Below are positions 8,451-18,630 of a DNA stretch of 64,000 nucleotides, in pieces. Below the pieces are notes generated by a model. It saw only the letters and a program-made list of their open reading frames with translations, did not search any database and was not told the origin of the DNA. The position numbers were made by a program, and so were the translations under genes. Positions within the stretch are counted from its first letter, which is position 1; every line of letters begins with the position of its first letter. This DNA is from an uncultured Clostridia bacterium (GTDB lineage Bacteria; Bacillota; Clostridia; Christensenellales; UBA1242), in the NCBI GenBank assembly GCA_947626155.1, contig CANQRC010000001.1:1799-65798 (forward strand), in the 5' to 3' direction.

Positions 8451-9749
8451 ATGACAATTGTTTATGTTTTGCTGGCAGTCAGCATTCTGGTCTCTGCCAT
8501 TGGAATTTTTGTTTGCTTGAAAACAAGAAACAAGAGCGAGCTTAGCGAGAGCGACAAGCAAGAAATTATCAAAAGTTTTAACAGCAATGTTGACTTCATC
8601 AGCAAGAGTTTAAGCGAAACTATGAGGGCGAACAATGAGGCAATCTTGCAGACAATTAGAACTTTCAGCGAAAACTTGTCTGGAAATCATGAGGCGCTTG
8701 AAAAGAGAGTTTTGGAAATAACAAAACAACTTGACGAGAGAATGCAAAGCATAAGCCGAATGCAAGAAGAGAAGCTTGAGGCGCTGAGACAGTCCAACGA
8801 GAAACATATTAAGGATTTGCAGGAAGACAACAACCGCCAACTTGACAAAATGCGCGAAACTGTGGACGAGAAGTTGTCTAAAACAATAAATGAGCGCTTT
8901 GACCAATCTTTCAAAATGCTCAGCGGGCAACTTGAGAGCGTTTACAAGTCGCTTGCCGAGATGCAGGACATTGCCTCCGACGTTGGAAACTTGACAAAAA
9001 TGCTTTCAAATGTCAAGACGACGGGCATCTTTGGCGAAATCCAACTTGGCGCAATCTTTGACCAAATGCTTACCTCTGAGCAATATCTCACAAATGTTGT
9101 CACGGGCGAGGGCAAAGAGCCTGTGGAATATGCCATCAAACTTCCGGGGCAGGCGGAGGGAGAATTTGTGCTTTTGCCTGTGGACAGCAAATTTCCTTAC
9201 ACCGTTTATAGCGATTTGCAAAATGCATATGACGGCGGCGATTTGGAAGCAGTCAAACAGAAAAAGGAGCAACTTAAAAACACCGTTAGAAGCATGGCGA
9301 AGGACATCAACACCAAATACATATGCCCTCCAAGAACAACCGACTTTGCAGTTATGTTTTTGCCTGTTGAGGGGCTTTATGCTGAGGTGGCAAAAATGGG
9401 GCTGATTGAAGAGTTGCAGGCAAAATTTTCGGTCACAATTGCCGGACCAACAACCATGAGTGCTCTTTTAAACAGTTTGCAAATGGGCTTTAGAACTCTT
9501 GCAATCCAGAAAAAATCTGGCGAAGTTTGGAACATTTTGCGCGCAGTCAAAACCGAATTTGGCAAGTTTAACGAGATTATTGAAAGCATCCGCAAGCGCT
9601 TTGAGGGCGCAAGCCGCGATTTTGACACTTTGGTCGGCACAAGAAGCCGCGTTATTGCAAAGAAATTGAGTTCCGTTGAGAGGCTTGACGACAAAGAAAG
9701 CGTAAAACTTCTTGGGCTGGACGACAACTTGTCCGACGCGGAGGAGTAA
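8451..9749 (+). CDS. rmuC: DNA recombination protein RmuC
   Basis: N-terminal TM helix, a long coiled coil, and a C-terminal RmuC nuclease-like region (FGEIQLGAIFDQML, VEYAIKLPG, LLPVDSKFP, DFAVMFLPVEGLY). GGAGGAG RBS precedes ATG 8451. Confidence 0.88.
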   Translation: MTIVYVLLAVSILVSAIGIFVCLKTRNKSELSESDKQEIIKSFNSNVDFISKSLSETMRANNEAILQTIRTFSENLSGNHEALEKRVLEITKQLDERMQSISRMQEEKLEALRQSNEKHIKDLQEDNNRQLDKMRETVDEKLSKTINERFDQSFKMLSGQLESVYKSLAEMQDIASDVGNLTKMLSNVKTTGIFGEIQLGAIFDQMLTSEQYLTNVVTGEGKEPVEYAIKLPGQAEGEFVLLPVDSKFPYTVYSDLQNAYDGGDLEAVKQKKEQLKNTVRSMAKDINTKYICPPRTTDFAVMFLPVEGLYAEVAKMGLIEELQAKFSVTIAGPTTMSALLNSLQMGFRTLAIQKKSGEVWNILRAVKTEFGKFNEIIESIRKRFEGASRDFDTLVGTRSRVIAKKLSSVERLDDKESVKLLGLDDNLSDAEE

Positions 9750-9751
9750 AT

Positions 9752-10033
9752 TTAGAGTTCTTCATAAGTGCAGGGTGGCGAAGAGCCATCCTTTTTTGTC
9801 TTTTCTTGATTTAATATTTTTGTGAGCGCCTGGGTGAAAAGTGGATTGTTTGAAGACAGCATTCCGCTTGAAAGAAGAGAGGAAATCAGGCTATTTGTGT
9901 TTAAATTTTCGGCATTTTTAAGAAAATTTGAGAAAATATTCTCTTTTTGCGCGCTGTTTTCTGGCTCACTTCTCCCACTTTCTTTTGGCTCAAATAACGG
10001 CTCGGGATAATATGGAAAATTTGTGTTGTTCAT
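9752..10033 (-). CDS. Hypothetical small protein (93 aa)
   Basis: The ORF is convergent on rmuC. A strong promoter sits directly at its ATG (see findings). The sequence is Ser/Asn/Pro-rich with no recognised family. Confidence 0.45.
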   Translation of the reverse strand: MNNTNFPYYPEPLFEPKESGRSEPENSAQKENIFSNFLKNAENLNTNSLISSLLSSGMLSSNNPLFTQALTKILNQEKTKKDGSSPPCTYEEL

Positions 10034-10109
10034 ACTTATTTATATGTTTTCAAATTTTGTTTAGTCAAACTTTTCGCGCCGCTTTCATATATTGTTTTTG
10101 GGGGATTTT

Positions 10110-10355
10110 ATGAAACTAAGTGAAATGCCAAAGCATGAGAGCCAAGACAAGAAAAACATTGAGTCATCTTATGATGAGATGAAAAATTGCTCTGCTGATG
10201 AGTTGCGCGCGCGGCTTGTCAAGGAAATTCAGTCACAAAAGAGCAGGGGAGTGTTTGATTATGACGCACTTATGTCTTCAATTGAGAGAATTAAGGCTTA
10301 CTTGCCGGCTGAGACTTATGAGAATATGCTTAGAATTGTAGAAAGTTTGAGATGA
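10110..10355 (+). CDS. Hypothetical small protein (81 aa)
   Basis: GGGGGA RBS before ATG 10110. The stop overlaps the start of the S8 peptidase gene (ATGA). Confidence 0.5.
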   Translation: MKLSEMPKHESQDKKNIESSYDEMKNCSADELRARLVKEIQSQKSRGVFDYDALMSSIERIKAYLPAETYENMLRIVESLR

Positions 10356-11488
10356 ACAGCCAAAAGATTGACAAACGGCTTTTATATGAGATTTCGGCGC
10401 TAAGCCAAGAGAAAAAACTTCTTTGCTTTGTGTTTGGAAGAGATTTTGAAAGAACAAAAAACATATTAAAGCGCGCTCACATACATATTGAAAATGAATA
10501 TTTATTCATTAAGGCTTTTTTGTGCAAGGCGTCGCAAAAGGAGATTTTTCAGCTCTCCGGCATTGACGCGGTGGACTATATTTATTCGCTTTCAGTTGCA
10601 AGCATAATGATGTTCGTCTCAAAACAAATCTTAGGGCTTGGAAACAGTTCGCTTTTTGGCGAGGGCGTTGGCGTGGCTTTTATAGACACGGGACTGTGCC
10701 CTCACTTTGACTTTTTAATTGGCAGAGCAAGGGTCAAGTTTTTTAAAGATTTTATAAACGACAAGAAGAATTTTTATGACGATAATGGTCACGGCACTTT
10801 TGTGTGTGGAGTTTGCTCGGGCAGCGGCGCAATGTCAAATTTCAAATATTCTGGCGTTGCCCCAAAGAGCGAAATTTTTTCCTTGAAAGCTCTTGACCAA
10901 AACGGGGAGGCAAGCGCAAACAAAATTTTGGATGCCATGGAATGGATTTTTGATAATCACAAAAAGTTTGGCATCCGGGTGGTGTGCATGAGTTTTGGAA
11001 GTGAGCCACTAGGACATAACGACCCAATCATGCTTGGGGCTGAGGCTCTTTGGAAAGACGGCGTGGTTGTGGTTGCCGCGGCGGGGAACAGCGGCCCAGA
11101 ATTTCAAACAATAAAGTCGCCGGGAATAAGTTCGAAGATAATCACTGTTGGCGGAATTGACGACAACAGAAGAGAGAGTTTTTATAACAAAGAAAATTAT
11201 TCTATGGCAGAATTTTCCTCGCGCGGACCTGCTTTTAGAAACATAAAGCCAGATGTTGTTGCGCCAAGCGTGGACATCACCTCCTGTGGCATAAAAAATT
11301 TTTATACAACTTTAAGTGGCACGTCAGTTGCAACTCCAATGATTGCGGGCCTGTGCTGTTTGCTGATTGAAAGATACAAAGAGGCAACGCCAAGTGATGT
11401 CAAAAACATGATTTTGCGCTGCTGCCAGCCGCTTGGATTTGATAAAAATTTTGAAGGGTATGGACTGCCAAATTTTCAATTTTCTTAA
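10352..11488 (+). CDS. S8 family (subtilisin-like) serine peptidase, no signal peptide
   Basis: Asp/His/Ser triad contexts are present: VAFIDTGL, DDNGHGTFVCG, LSGTSVATPMIAG. Confidence 0.85.
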   Translation: MNSQKIDKRLLYEISALSQEKKLLCFVFGRDFERTKNILKRAHIHIENEYLFIKAFLCKASQKEIFQLSGIDAVDYIYSLSVASIMMFVSKQILGLGNSSLFGEGVGVAFIDTGLCPHFDFLIGRARVKFFKDFINDKKNFYDDNGHGTFVCGVCSGSGAMSNFKYSGVAPKSEIFSLKALDQNGEASANKILDAMEWIFDNHKKFGIRVVCMSFGSEPLGHNDPIMLGAEALWKDGVVVVAAAGNSGPEFQTIKSPGISSKIITVGGIDDNRRESFYNKENYSMAEFSSRGPAFRNIKPDVVAPSVDITSCGIKNFYTTLSGTSVATPMIAGLCCLLIERYKEATPSDVKNMILRCCQPLGFDKNFEGYGLPNFQFS

Positions 11489-11490
11489 AT

Positions 11491-12516
11491 TTAAAATTCT
11501 GATAAAATTTCAACAATTTTTGTAACTGCACTGTTTTTTGCAGTTTTTTTCATATTTTTTATGAAATTTTGCTTATTTTTTGATATTTTTTGCAAATTTT
11601 CAATTATTTCTTCAATATTGCAGTTTTCTTCTTCAAGGCAAATTGCATATCCTTTTTTCTCAAAAAGTTTTGCATTTTCAATTTGGTCGCCGCGTGAACA
11701 CTTCCTTGAAAGCGGCACAAGAAGCATAGGCTTTTCAAGAGCGAGAAGTTCGTTTATCACTCCGCTGCCGGCGCGCGAGATGACAATGTCGGCAGTTTTG
11801 TAGTAGTCGGCAATGTTCTCTGCATAGTGGGTGAGATGATAATTTTCGTGCTGAATTTTTTGATAATTTTTCTTTCCACAAATGTGAAGAATGTTAAAAT
11901 TTTTTGTCAGTTTTTCAATGTTGTCAAACGCCAAGTCATTTAAAAATTTTGCCCCCAAACTTCCGCCCAAAATTAAAACGGTCGGCTTGTTTTTATCAAA
12001 GTTTAAATCCAAAATTTTTCCGTTAAAAACATTTTCTCTTATTGGCTGACCCGTGCAAATGCACTTGACATTTCCTTGTGCGGTCTCGGGAAATGTTGTG
12101 CACATTTTTGTGCAAAAGCGCAAGATAATTTTGTTTGCTAGCCCAAAACTTAAATCACTCTCGTGGCTGATGACAGGAATTTTCAACACTTTTCCAGCAA
12201 TTGCAACAGGCACAGACACAAAGCCGCCCTTTGAAAAAATAACATTTGGGCAAACCTCTTTTAAAACCTTTTTTGCCTGCCTGATTGAGCGAAAAAGTTT
12301 TATTGGAATGAGAAGATTTTTCAGCGTCAGTTTTCTTTCAAGTTTGACGGCAGAAATTTGATGATAAACAATGTTTGGATAGGCCTTTAAAATTTCCTTT
12401 TCAATCCCGTCGCTGCCAATAAAATGGATTTCATATTCTTTCAATTTTTCGGCAACCGCTAAGGCGGGATAAACGTGCCCTGCCGTTCCTCCTCCACACA
12501 AAACAATCTTTTTCAT
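11491..12516 (-). CDS. murG: UDP-N-acetylglucosamine--N-acetylmuramyl-(pentapeptide) pyrophosphoryl-undecaprenol N-acetylglucosamine transferase
   Basis: MKKIVLCGGGTAGHVYPALAVAEKL N-terminus and GGSLGA. Length is typical of MurG. AGAGG RBS. Confidence 0.92.
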   Translation of the reverse strand: MKKIVLCGGGTAGHVYPALAVAEKLKEYEIHFIGSDGIEKEILKAYPNIVYHQISAVKLERKLTLKNLLIPIKLFRSIRQAKKVLKEVCPNVIFSKGGFVSVPVAIAGKVLKIPVISHESDLSFGLANKIILRFCTKMCTTFPETAQGNVKCICTGQPIRENVFNGKILDLNFDKNKPTVLILGGSLGAKFLNDLAFDNIEKLTKNFNILHICGKKNYQKIQHENYHLTHYAENIADYYKTADIVISRAGSGVINELLALEKPMLLVPLSRKCSRGDQIENAKLFEKKGYAICLEEENCNIEEIIENLQKISKNKQNFIKNMKKTAKNSAVTKIVEILSEF

Positions 12517-12719
12517 TTAAACCTCTAACAATATTTTATTTGAAAACTATCTTAAATATACATTCACAAAAATGAATAAGTATGCAAAATACAAAATAAT
12601 TATGCAAATTCCCGCCAAGTCATTCTCATTCAAATTTTTGCAATTTTTGAAAGTTTTGAAATTCGTTTTTGTATTTTGAGGGCTTTGTGTTACAATAAAA
12701 TGAGTATTGTGAGGTTTTT

Positions 12720-14678
12720 ATGGCAGAAAAAAAGTATGAATCAAAAGACATTGTTGTGCTTGATGGGCTTGACGCGGTTAGGCTTCGTCCCGGAATGTAC
12801 ATTGGAACAACAAGCGCGCGCGGCTATCATCACATTTTGTGGGAAATTGTGGACAACGCCATTGACGAAATTTCAAACGGCTACGGCGACACTATAAAAA
12901 TCACCTTAAACAAAGACGGAAGTGCCACAGTTGAGGACAACGGCCGTGGAATTCCTGTTGACATTCATCCAACCATGAAAAAAAGCGGCGTTGAGGTTGT
13001 CTACACCACTCTTCACGCGGGCGGAAAGTTTAATGCGGAAAACTATAAGTTCTCGGGCGGCCTTCACGGCGTGGGCGCGTCGGTTACAAACGCACTTTCA
13101 AAGTGGTGCAAGGTCACCGTCAACAAGGATGGCAAGCAATATTTTATTGAGTTCCACTCTTATGCTGACGAAAAGGGCAAGGTGCATAGCGGCGTGCCTG
13201 TTGCGCCACTAAAATGTGTTGGCGAAAGCAAGACCACGGGAACAACTGTCACTTTCCTTCCAGATGAGAGGGTTTTTGGAAAGCAACAATTCAGTTTTGA
13301 CACAATCATTCGCAGGGCGAAGGAACTTGCGTTTTTGAACAAGGGGCTCAAAATTTCGGTTGAAAGCAAAATCACTGGCGAAAAGCAGGATTTTCACTAT
13401 GAGGGCGGAATTTCGGATTTTGTAACCTATTTGGTTGAGGGCAAAAACGCGCTTTTCAAGCAGCCTCTTTATTTCCACGCGGCAAACAAGATTGTGGATT
13501 TGGAAGTTGCGTTTATTTCAACTGACAGTTACACTGAAAACACCTTCTCTTATGTGAATAACATTCCAACCACTGAGGGCGGAATGCATGAAATTGGCTT
13601 TAAGAGCGCGTTCACCAAGGTGTTCAACGACTACGCAAGGCAAAACAACCTCTTGAAAGAGAAAGAACTCAGCCTCATGGGCGAGGATTTTAGAGAGGGA
13701 CTTGTCACAATTATAAATGTTAAGATGAACAATGTTCAGTTTGAGGGGCAGACCAAGACCAAACTTGGAAATCCTGAGGCGCGCGTTGAGGTTGAGGCGC
13801 TTTCCTCTCAGGAACTTGGAAAACTTTTGGACGACAAGAAAAATTCTAATTACGCGGAAATTATCATTGACAAAGCCAAGCAGGCGGCAAAGGTTAGGCT
13901 TGCGGCAAAGAAGGCAAAGGAGCTTACTCGTGCAAAAAACAACGCGGAAAACTTCAATCTTGTGGGAAAACTTGCGGCGTCAACCTCGCGTGACCGCGAA
14001 AAGAGCGAACTTTTCATTGTGGAAGGGGACAGTGCCGGTGGCAGCGCAAAGCAAGGGCGTGACAGAAAATATCAGGCCATTTTGCCGCTTAGAGGAAAGC
14101 CTTTGAACGCCGAAAAGAAGAGGATTGACCAGGTTTTGGCAAACGAAGAGATTAGAACAATTATCTCCGCACTGGACACTGGCTTTGGCGAAGACTTTGA
14201 CCTTTCGTCACTTCGCTACAACAAAGTTATCATCCTCTCGGATGCCGACCAAGACGGCGCTCACATCAGGGCAATTTTGCTTACATTCTTTTACCGCTAT
14301 ATGAAAGAACTTATCACTGACGGCCACGTTTTCATTGGGCTTCCACCTCTTTATAAGGTTTATAAAAAGGACTATGAAAAATATGTTTATTCTGACGCGG
14401 AACTTCCTGCCGCAGTTGCAAGCGCGGGCAAGGGCTATATGATTCAAAGATATAAAGGTCTTGGCGAAATGAACCCAGAACAGCTTTGGGAGACGACCAT
14501 GGACCCTGAAAACCGAACTTTAATTCAAGTTACGATTGAGGACGGGGCAGTTGCGGAGAGAATGATAACCACGCTTATGGGCGACGACATTGAGGAGCGA
14601 AAGGCCTATATTCAAGAGCATGCAAACTTTGACCGCGAAGATACATTTATGAGAGACTATAAAAAACTTGATGCTTAA
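12720..14678 (+). CDS. parE: Type IIA DNA topoisomerase subunit B (GyrB/ParE family; probably topo IV ParE given its partner)
   Basis: GHKL ATPase and TOPRIM motifs (LDAVRLRPGMYIG, HILWEIVDNAIDE, LFIVEGDSAGGSAKQGRDR, IILSDADQDGAHI). The subunit assignment rests on the adjacent A subunit. Confidence 0.85.
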   Translation: MAEKKYESKDIVVLDGLDAVRLRPGMYIGTTSARGYHHILWEIVDNAIDEISNGYGDTIKITLNKDGSATVEDNGRGIPVDIHPTMKKSGVEVVYTTLHAGGKFNAENYKFSGGLHGVGASVTNALSKWCKVTVNKDGKQYFIEFHSYADEKGKVHSGVPVAPLKCVGESKTTGTTVTFLPDERVFGKQQFSFDTIIRRAKELAFLNKGLKISVESKITGEKQDFHYEGGISDFVTYLVEGKNALFKQPLYFHAANKIVDLEVAFISTDSYTENTFSYVNNIPTTEGGMHEIGFKSAFTKVFNDYARQNNLLKEKELSLMGEDFREGLVTIINVKMNNVQFEGQTKTKLGNPEARVEVEALSSQELGKLLDDKKNSNYAEIIIDKAKQAAKVRLAAKKAKELTRAKNNAENFNLVGKLAASTSRDREKSELFIVEGDSAGGSAKQGRDRKYQAILPLRGKPLNAEKKRIDQVLANEEIRTIISALDTGFGEDFDLSSLRYNKVIILSDADQDGAHIRAILLTFFYRYMKELITDGHVFIGLPPLYKVYKKDYEKYVYSDAELPAAVASAGKGYMIQRYKGLGEMNPEQLWETTMDPENRTLIQVTIEDGAVAERMITTLMGDDIEERKAYIQEHANFDREDTFMRDYKKLDA

Positions 14679-14709
14679 AATTTGAAATTTGATTTTTTTG
14701 TGAGGTTTT

Positions 14710-17583
14710 ATGATTGAGGACGACGACGAAAAGAAGCCGATAGAACCCATTCCGGGGCAGATGTGTTATGACGAACTGCTTGTGCCAGAAGAGGAAAAGG
14801 AAGAGGAGCAGCAGCCACCAGAGCCGCTTGACGGGCAGATGGACATTTGGTCACTTGAAAAGACGCAGCAGCGGGGCAGGCAAGAAGACTTGAAAGAATC
14901 AAAATCAGAAAAAACACAAAAAACAGAGCAAAAAACTGAAAAAAATGAGCAAAAAACGCAAAAAAATCAAAAAATAACAAAAAAAATTGAAGAAAAGCAA
15001 CAAAAACAAAATTTCGAGGCACTGGAAAAGCAAGAAGAATTTGAAGGAAAACAAGAAGATTTTGAGGAAACAAATTTAGAAAACGAAGAAAGTGAGAATG
15101 AGTTTATGAAAAAAGACGAAGAACAGATGGAAATGAATTTGCAGGCAAATGACGAGCCAAAAGAGGAGAAAGAAGAAAAAGCCTCTTCTATTGGCGAGGT
15201 CTATGGCGGCGGAGATGGAATTCTTTACAAACCACTTGAAGAAGTTTTGCACGACAGCATGATTCCTTACACGGAGCACGTTGTTTTGGACAGGGCGCTT
15301 CCAAGGGTTGAGGATGGATTGAAACCCGTTCAAAGAAGAATTTTGTATTCTATGCTTGAACTTGGGTTGACCCCAGACAAGCCATACCGAAAAAGTGCCA
15401 GAATTGTGGGCGATTGCATGGGCAAATATCACCCACACGGCGACAGTTCGGTTTATGACGCCATGGTCAGGATGTCTCAAGACTTTGTTTTGCGCGCGCC
15501 ACTTGTTGATGGACACGGAAACTTTGGCTCAATTGACGGCGATAGCGCCGCCGCTATGCGTTACACTGAGGCGAGAATGACCCCTCTTGCCATGGAGCTT
15601 TTGAGGGACATTGAAAAGGACACCGTGCGTTGGAGCTTGAACTTTGACGACACACTCAAAGAGCCGGATGTTCTCCCTGGGCGCTTTCCGAACCTCTTGG
15701 TCAACGGCACTTCGGGAATTGCCGTGGGTGTTGCAACAAACATTCCTCCTCACAATTTGGGCGAGGTTATTGACGGCGTTGTGGCATACATTCAAAATCC
15801 AAACATCAAACTTGAAGAGATGATGAAAATCATTAAGGGGCCAGACTTCCCAACGGGCGGCGAACTTATTTACGGCGACGGGCTGAAAAGCGCTTATGAA
15901 ACGGGCAAGGGCAAAATTATTGTTCGCGCCAAGGTTGGAGTTGAGCAAAATGGCGACAAACAGTCTTTGGTGATAACCGAACTTCCATATCAGGTGAACA
16001 AGGCGCTTTTATTGCAAAAAATTGCCGAACTGAAAGACAAAAACAAGGACAAGCTTTCGGTCATAAGCGAAATTCGCGACGAGAGCGACAGAAACGGCAT
16101 GAGGGCGGTTATTCGCCTGAAGCGCGAGGCAAACGCGCAGAAAATTTTGGGATATTTGTTTCAATCCACAAATATGCAGGTGTCCTACGCCATAAATATG
16201 GTTGCCATTGCGGGCGGAAAGCCAAAACAACTTTCGCTTATGGAAATCATTTCTTATTACACCGCTTTCCAGAGGGATGTTGTTGTTAGAAGAACAAAGT
16301 TTGACCTTGAAGTGGCAAAAGACAGGGCGCACATTGTTGAGGGGCTTTTGATTGCCATCAAAAACATTGATGCGGTTATAAAAATCATCAAAACATCTGC
16401 AAATGTGTCTGAGGCAAAGCAAAGATTAAGAGAAAAATTCAAACTCTCTGACAAGCAGGCGCAGGCAATTTTGGATATGAGGCTTGCAAGACTTGTCAAT
16501 TTGGAAGTTACAAAACTTGAAGAGGAACTTGCCGCACTCAAAGAAAAAATCAAAGAGTTGGAGGCAATTTTAGGTTCGAAAAAACTTCAACTTGAAGTTG
16601 TTAAAAGAGAAATTTTGGAAATCAAGAAGCGTTTTGCAACTCCAAGGCGCTCGCAGGAAATTCACAGCGAGGAAATAAAACTTACAACAATTGACGAAAT
16701 GGAGGACACAAAAGATTATCTTATTGCCATTTCCGCCGGAAGAACGGTTAAGAAAGTCAGCATGAAAAACTTCTCAAAATCCCAAAGAACCTTGACGGAC
16801 AATAGCACACTTTTTGATGTTCACACTCAAATTTTGCCTGTCAAAGCCACCGACACGGTTTTGATTTTCACCGACAGGGGGAACTGCGTGAAAGTGCAAG
16901 TGGACAAACTTCCAGAATGCAAGTGGCGTGAAAAAGGCATTACACTTAAAAACATTGACAAAGAAATTGACCTTATGGAGACGCCGGTTTCGGTGCTTAA
17001 AGCCGAGGGCGAAGGTGAAGTTGTGTTCTTCACGCAAGGCGGAATGGTAAAACGCAGCACGCTTAGCGACCTTGTTGTGGCAAAAGGCTTCTACCAGGCT
17101 ATGAAAGTTGCCGAGGGCGACAAGGTTATTTCTGTTCAAATGGAAATCAAGGGCAAAACGCTTGTGATGTTCTCTAAGGGCGGCTATGTTGTAAGCTTTG
17201 AAAAGAGCGAAGTGCCTGTTCAGGGCAGAGTCTCTGGCGGCGTAAAGGGAATTAACCTTGAAGAAAAAGACAGCGTTGTGTTTGCAGGGCAAAACTTGTT
17301 TGACAGTTATGTTATTGTGACGGATAACGGCTATGCAAAGAGGCTGAACTCTCTTCAAATTCCAATCAGCGGAAGATATCGCAAGGGCGTAAAATACATC
17401 AACTTTGAAAAGAACGGAAAAGCGGTTTGCTATGTTGGCGCAAGCGAAAAAGTTGCCATTGACCAAGGGCTTAAATTCTCACTTGTTGAAACTGCAAAAT
17501 TGAATGTCACAAATGACCGCCTCAGCACAGGAGGGCAAATTGTTTCAAGAAAAATCTTGGGCGCATACAACTTTTGTGATTAA
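14710..17583 (+). CDS. parC: Type IIA DNA topoisomerase subunit A (GyrA/ParC family; ParC-like) with a long low-complexity N-terminal extension
   Basis: Core motifs [34 protein letters not shown] and [10 protein letters not shown] are present. No QRRGGKG-type GyrA box is visible at the start of the C-terminal beta-pinwheel. About 165 residues rich in E/K/Q precede the core. Confidence 0.85.
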   Translation: MIEDDDEKKPIEPIPGQMCYDELLVPEEEKEEEQQPPEPLDGQMDIWSLEKTQQRGRQEDLKESKSEKTQKTEQKTEKNEQKTQKNQKITKKIEEKQQKQNFEALEKQEEFEGKQEDFEETNLENEESENEFMKKDEEQMEMNLQANDEPKEEKEEKASSIGEVYGGGDGILYKPLEEVLHDSMIPYTEHVVLDRALPRVEDGLKPVQRRILYSMLELGLTPDKPYRKSARIVGDCMGKYHPHGDSSVYDAMVRMSQDFVLRAPLVDGHGNFGSIDGDSAAAMRYTEARMTPLAMELLRDIEKDTVRWSLNFDDTLKEPDVLPGRFPNLLVNGTSGIAVGVATNIPPHNLGEVIDGVVAYIQNPNIKLEEMMKIIKGPDFPTGGELIYGDGLKSAYETGKGKIIVRAKVGVEQNGDKQSLVITELPYQVNKALLLQKIAELKDKNKDKLSVISEIRDESDRNGMRAVIRLKREANAQKILGYLFQSTNMQVSYAINMVAIAGGKPKQLSLMEIISYYTAFQRDVVVRRTKFDLEVAKDRAHIVEGLLIAIKNIDAVIKIIKTSANVSEAKQRLREKFKLSDKQAQAILDMRLARLVNLEVTKLEEELAALKEKIKELEAILGSKKLQLEVVKREILEIKKRFATPRRSQEIHSEEIKLTTIDEMEDTKDYLIAISAGRTVKKVSMKNFSKSQRTLTDNSTLFDVHTQILPVKATDTVLIFTDRGNCVKVQVDKLPECKWREKGITLKNIDKEIDLMETPVSVLKAEGEGEVVFFTQGGMVKRSTLSDLVVAKGFYQAMKVAEGDKVISVQMEIKGKTLVMFSKGGYVVSFEKSEVPVQGRVSGGVKGINLEEKDSVVFAGQNLFDSYVIVTDNGYAKRLNSLQIPISGRYRKGVKYINFEKNGKAVCYVGASEKVAIDQGLKFSLVETAKLNVTNDRLSTGGQIVSRKILGAYNFCD

Positions 17584-17854
17584 ATAAAAATATAAAAGAA
17601 TATTAAAAATAAATAAAAATTATCAAAAAAAATGGTTTTTTAGCCATTTTTTTATTTTTTTAACAATTTTTCGGCATTTTTCGACCAATTTTTTCTTTTT
17701 TTATTATTTTTGTTTTTTAATTTGTTCTAATTTTTTTATTGCAAAAATATTTTAAATTATGGCTTTCGACACAAGAGGACAAATTTGGTGATTTGTCGCC
17801 AAAATTGGCTTTGCGCGAAAAACATGATTGACTTATTATAAAAGTGAGGTTTGT

Positions 17855-18619
17855 ATGCTTTCTATTGTCATCAAATCTAGAACAATTAAAATCTTCATAG
17901 CAATGGTTTTGGTGTGTGTGCTGCTTGCGCTTTCAATTGACGGGACAACTTCCGCCGCGGTGTATTTTGGCTACTCAACAAGGAAAGTCCCAATCTACAA
18001 TGTTGACACCGAAGAAAAGCAAGTTGCAATTTCGTTTGACGCGGCGTGGGGCGCTGACAAAACTCAGGGCATCATTGACATTCTTAATGAGTTCGACGCA
18101 AAGGCAACATTCTTTTTGGTGGGTTTTTGGGTTGACGACTACCCTGAAATGGTTAAGGCAATTGATGAGGCGGGGCTTGAAATTGGAACTCACTCAAACA
18201 CCCATCCTGACATGGTGAAACTTGACAAGGCCACAATGAAAAACGAACTTGAAACTTGCATCAACAAAATTAAGTCCATCACAAGCAAAGATGTCAAACT
18301 TTTTAGAGCGCCATTTGGAAGTTATAACAACGACCTTTTGGATGTTGCAAGTGGGCTGGGGCTTAAAACAATTCAGTGGGATGTTGATAGTTTGGATTGG
18401 AAAGGGCTTTCCGCAAACGAGATTTGTCAGAGGGTGCTTTCGCGCGTGAAAGGCGGCTCAATCATTTTGATGCACAACAATTCTGACAATGTGCTTGACG
18501 GGCTTAGGCTTGTGCTTAACAGGTTGAAGGTTGGCGGCTACAAAGTGACGGCAATAGGAGACCTTGTTTATGAAGATGATTATACAATTGACAGAAACGG
18601 CGTGCAACACAAAAATTAA
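17855..18619 (+). CDS. Polysaccharide deacetylase (NodB homology), PdaB-like
   Basis: N-terminal TM/signal helix and VAISFDAAWGAD...ATFFLVG...GTHSNTHPDM NodB motifs. GAGGT RBS before ATG 17855. The 254-aa length is the same as the sporulation deacetylase PdaB. Confidence 0.82.
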   Translation: MLSIVIKSRTIKIFIAMVLVCVLLALSIDGTTSAAVYFGYSTRKVPIYNVDTEEKQVAISFDAAWGADKTQGIIDILNEFDAKATFFLVGFWVDDYPEMVKAIDEAGLEIGTHSNTHPDMVKLDKATMKNELETCINKIKSITSKDVKLFRAPFGSYNNDLLDVASGLGLKTIQWDVDSLDWKGLSANEICQRVLSRVKGGSIILMHNNSDNVLDGLRLVLNRLKVGGYKVTAIGDLVYEDDYTIDRNGVQHKN

Positions 18620-18630
18620 AGGAGAAAATT

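Noticed and set aside
12517-12719. A possible replication origin upstream of a gyrB-like gene.
   Set aside because: I found no TTATCCACA-type DnaA boxes and no dnaA/dnaN/recF genes. There is no switch in gene orientation across the window, and the repeated TATGCAAA words are too short to be interpreted.
14900-14990. A-tracts with spacing of about 10 bp inside the parC-like N-terminal extension.
   Set aside because: The spacing alternates between 9 and 12 bp. It follows directly from repeated AAA/AAAA-containing Lys/Gln/Glu/Thr codons, so it is a by-product of the low-complexity coding repeat rather than a curvature signal.
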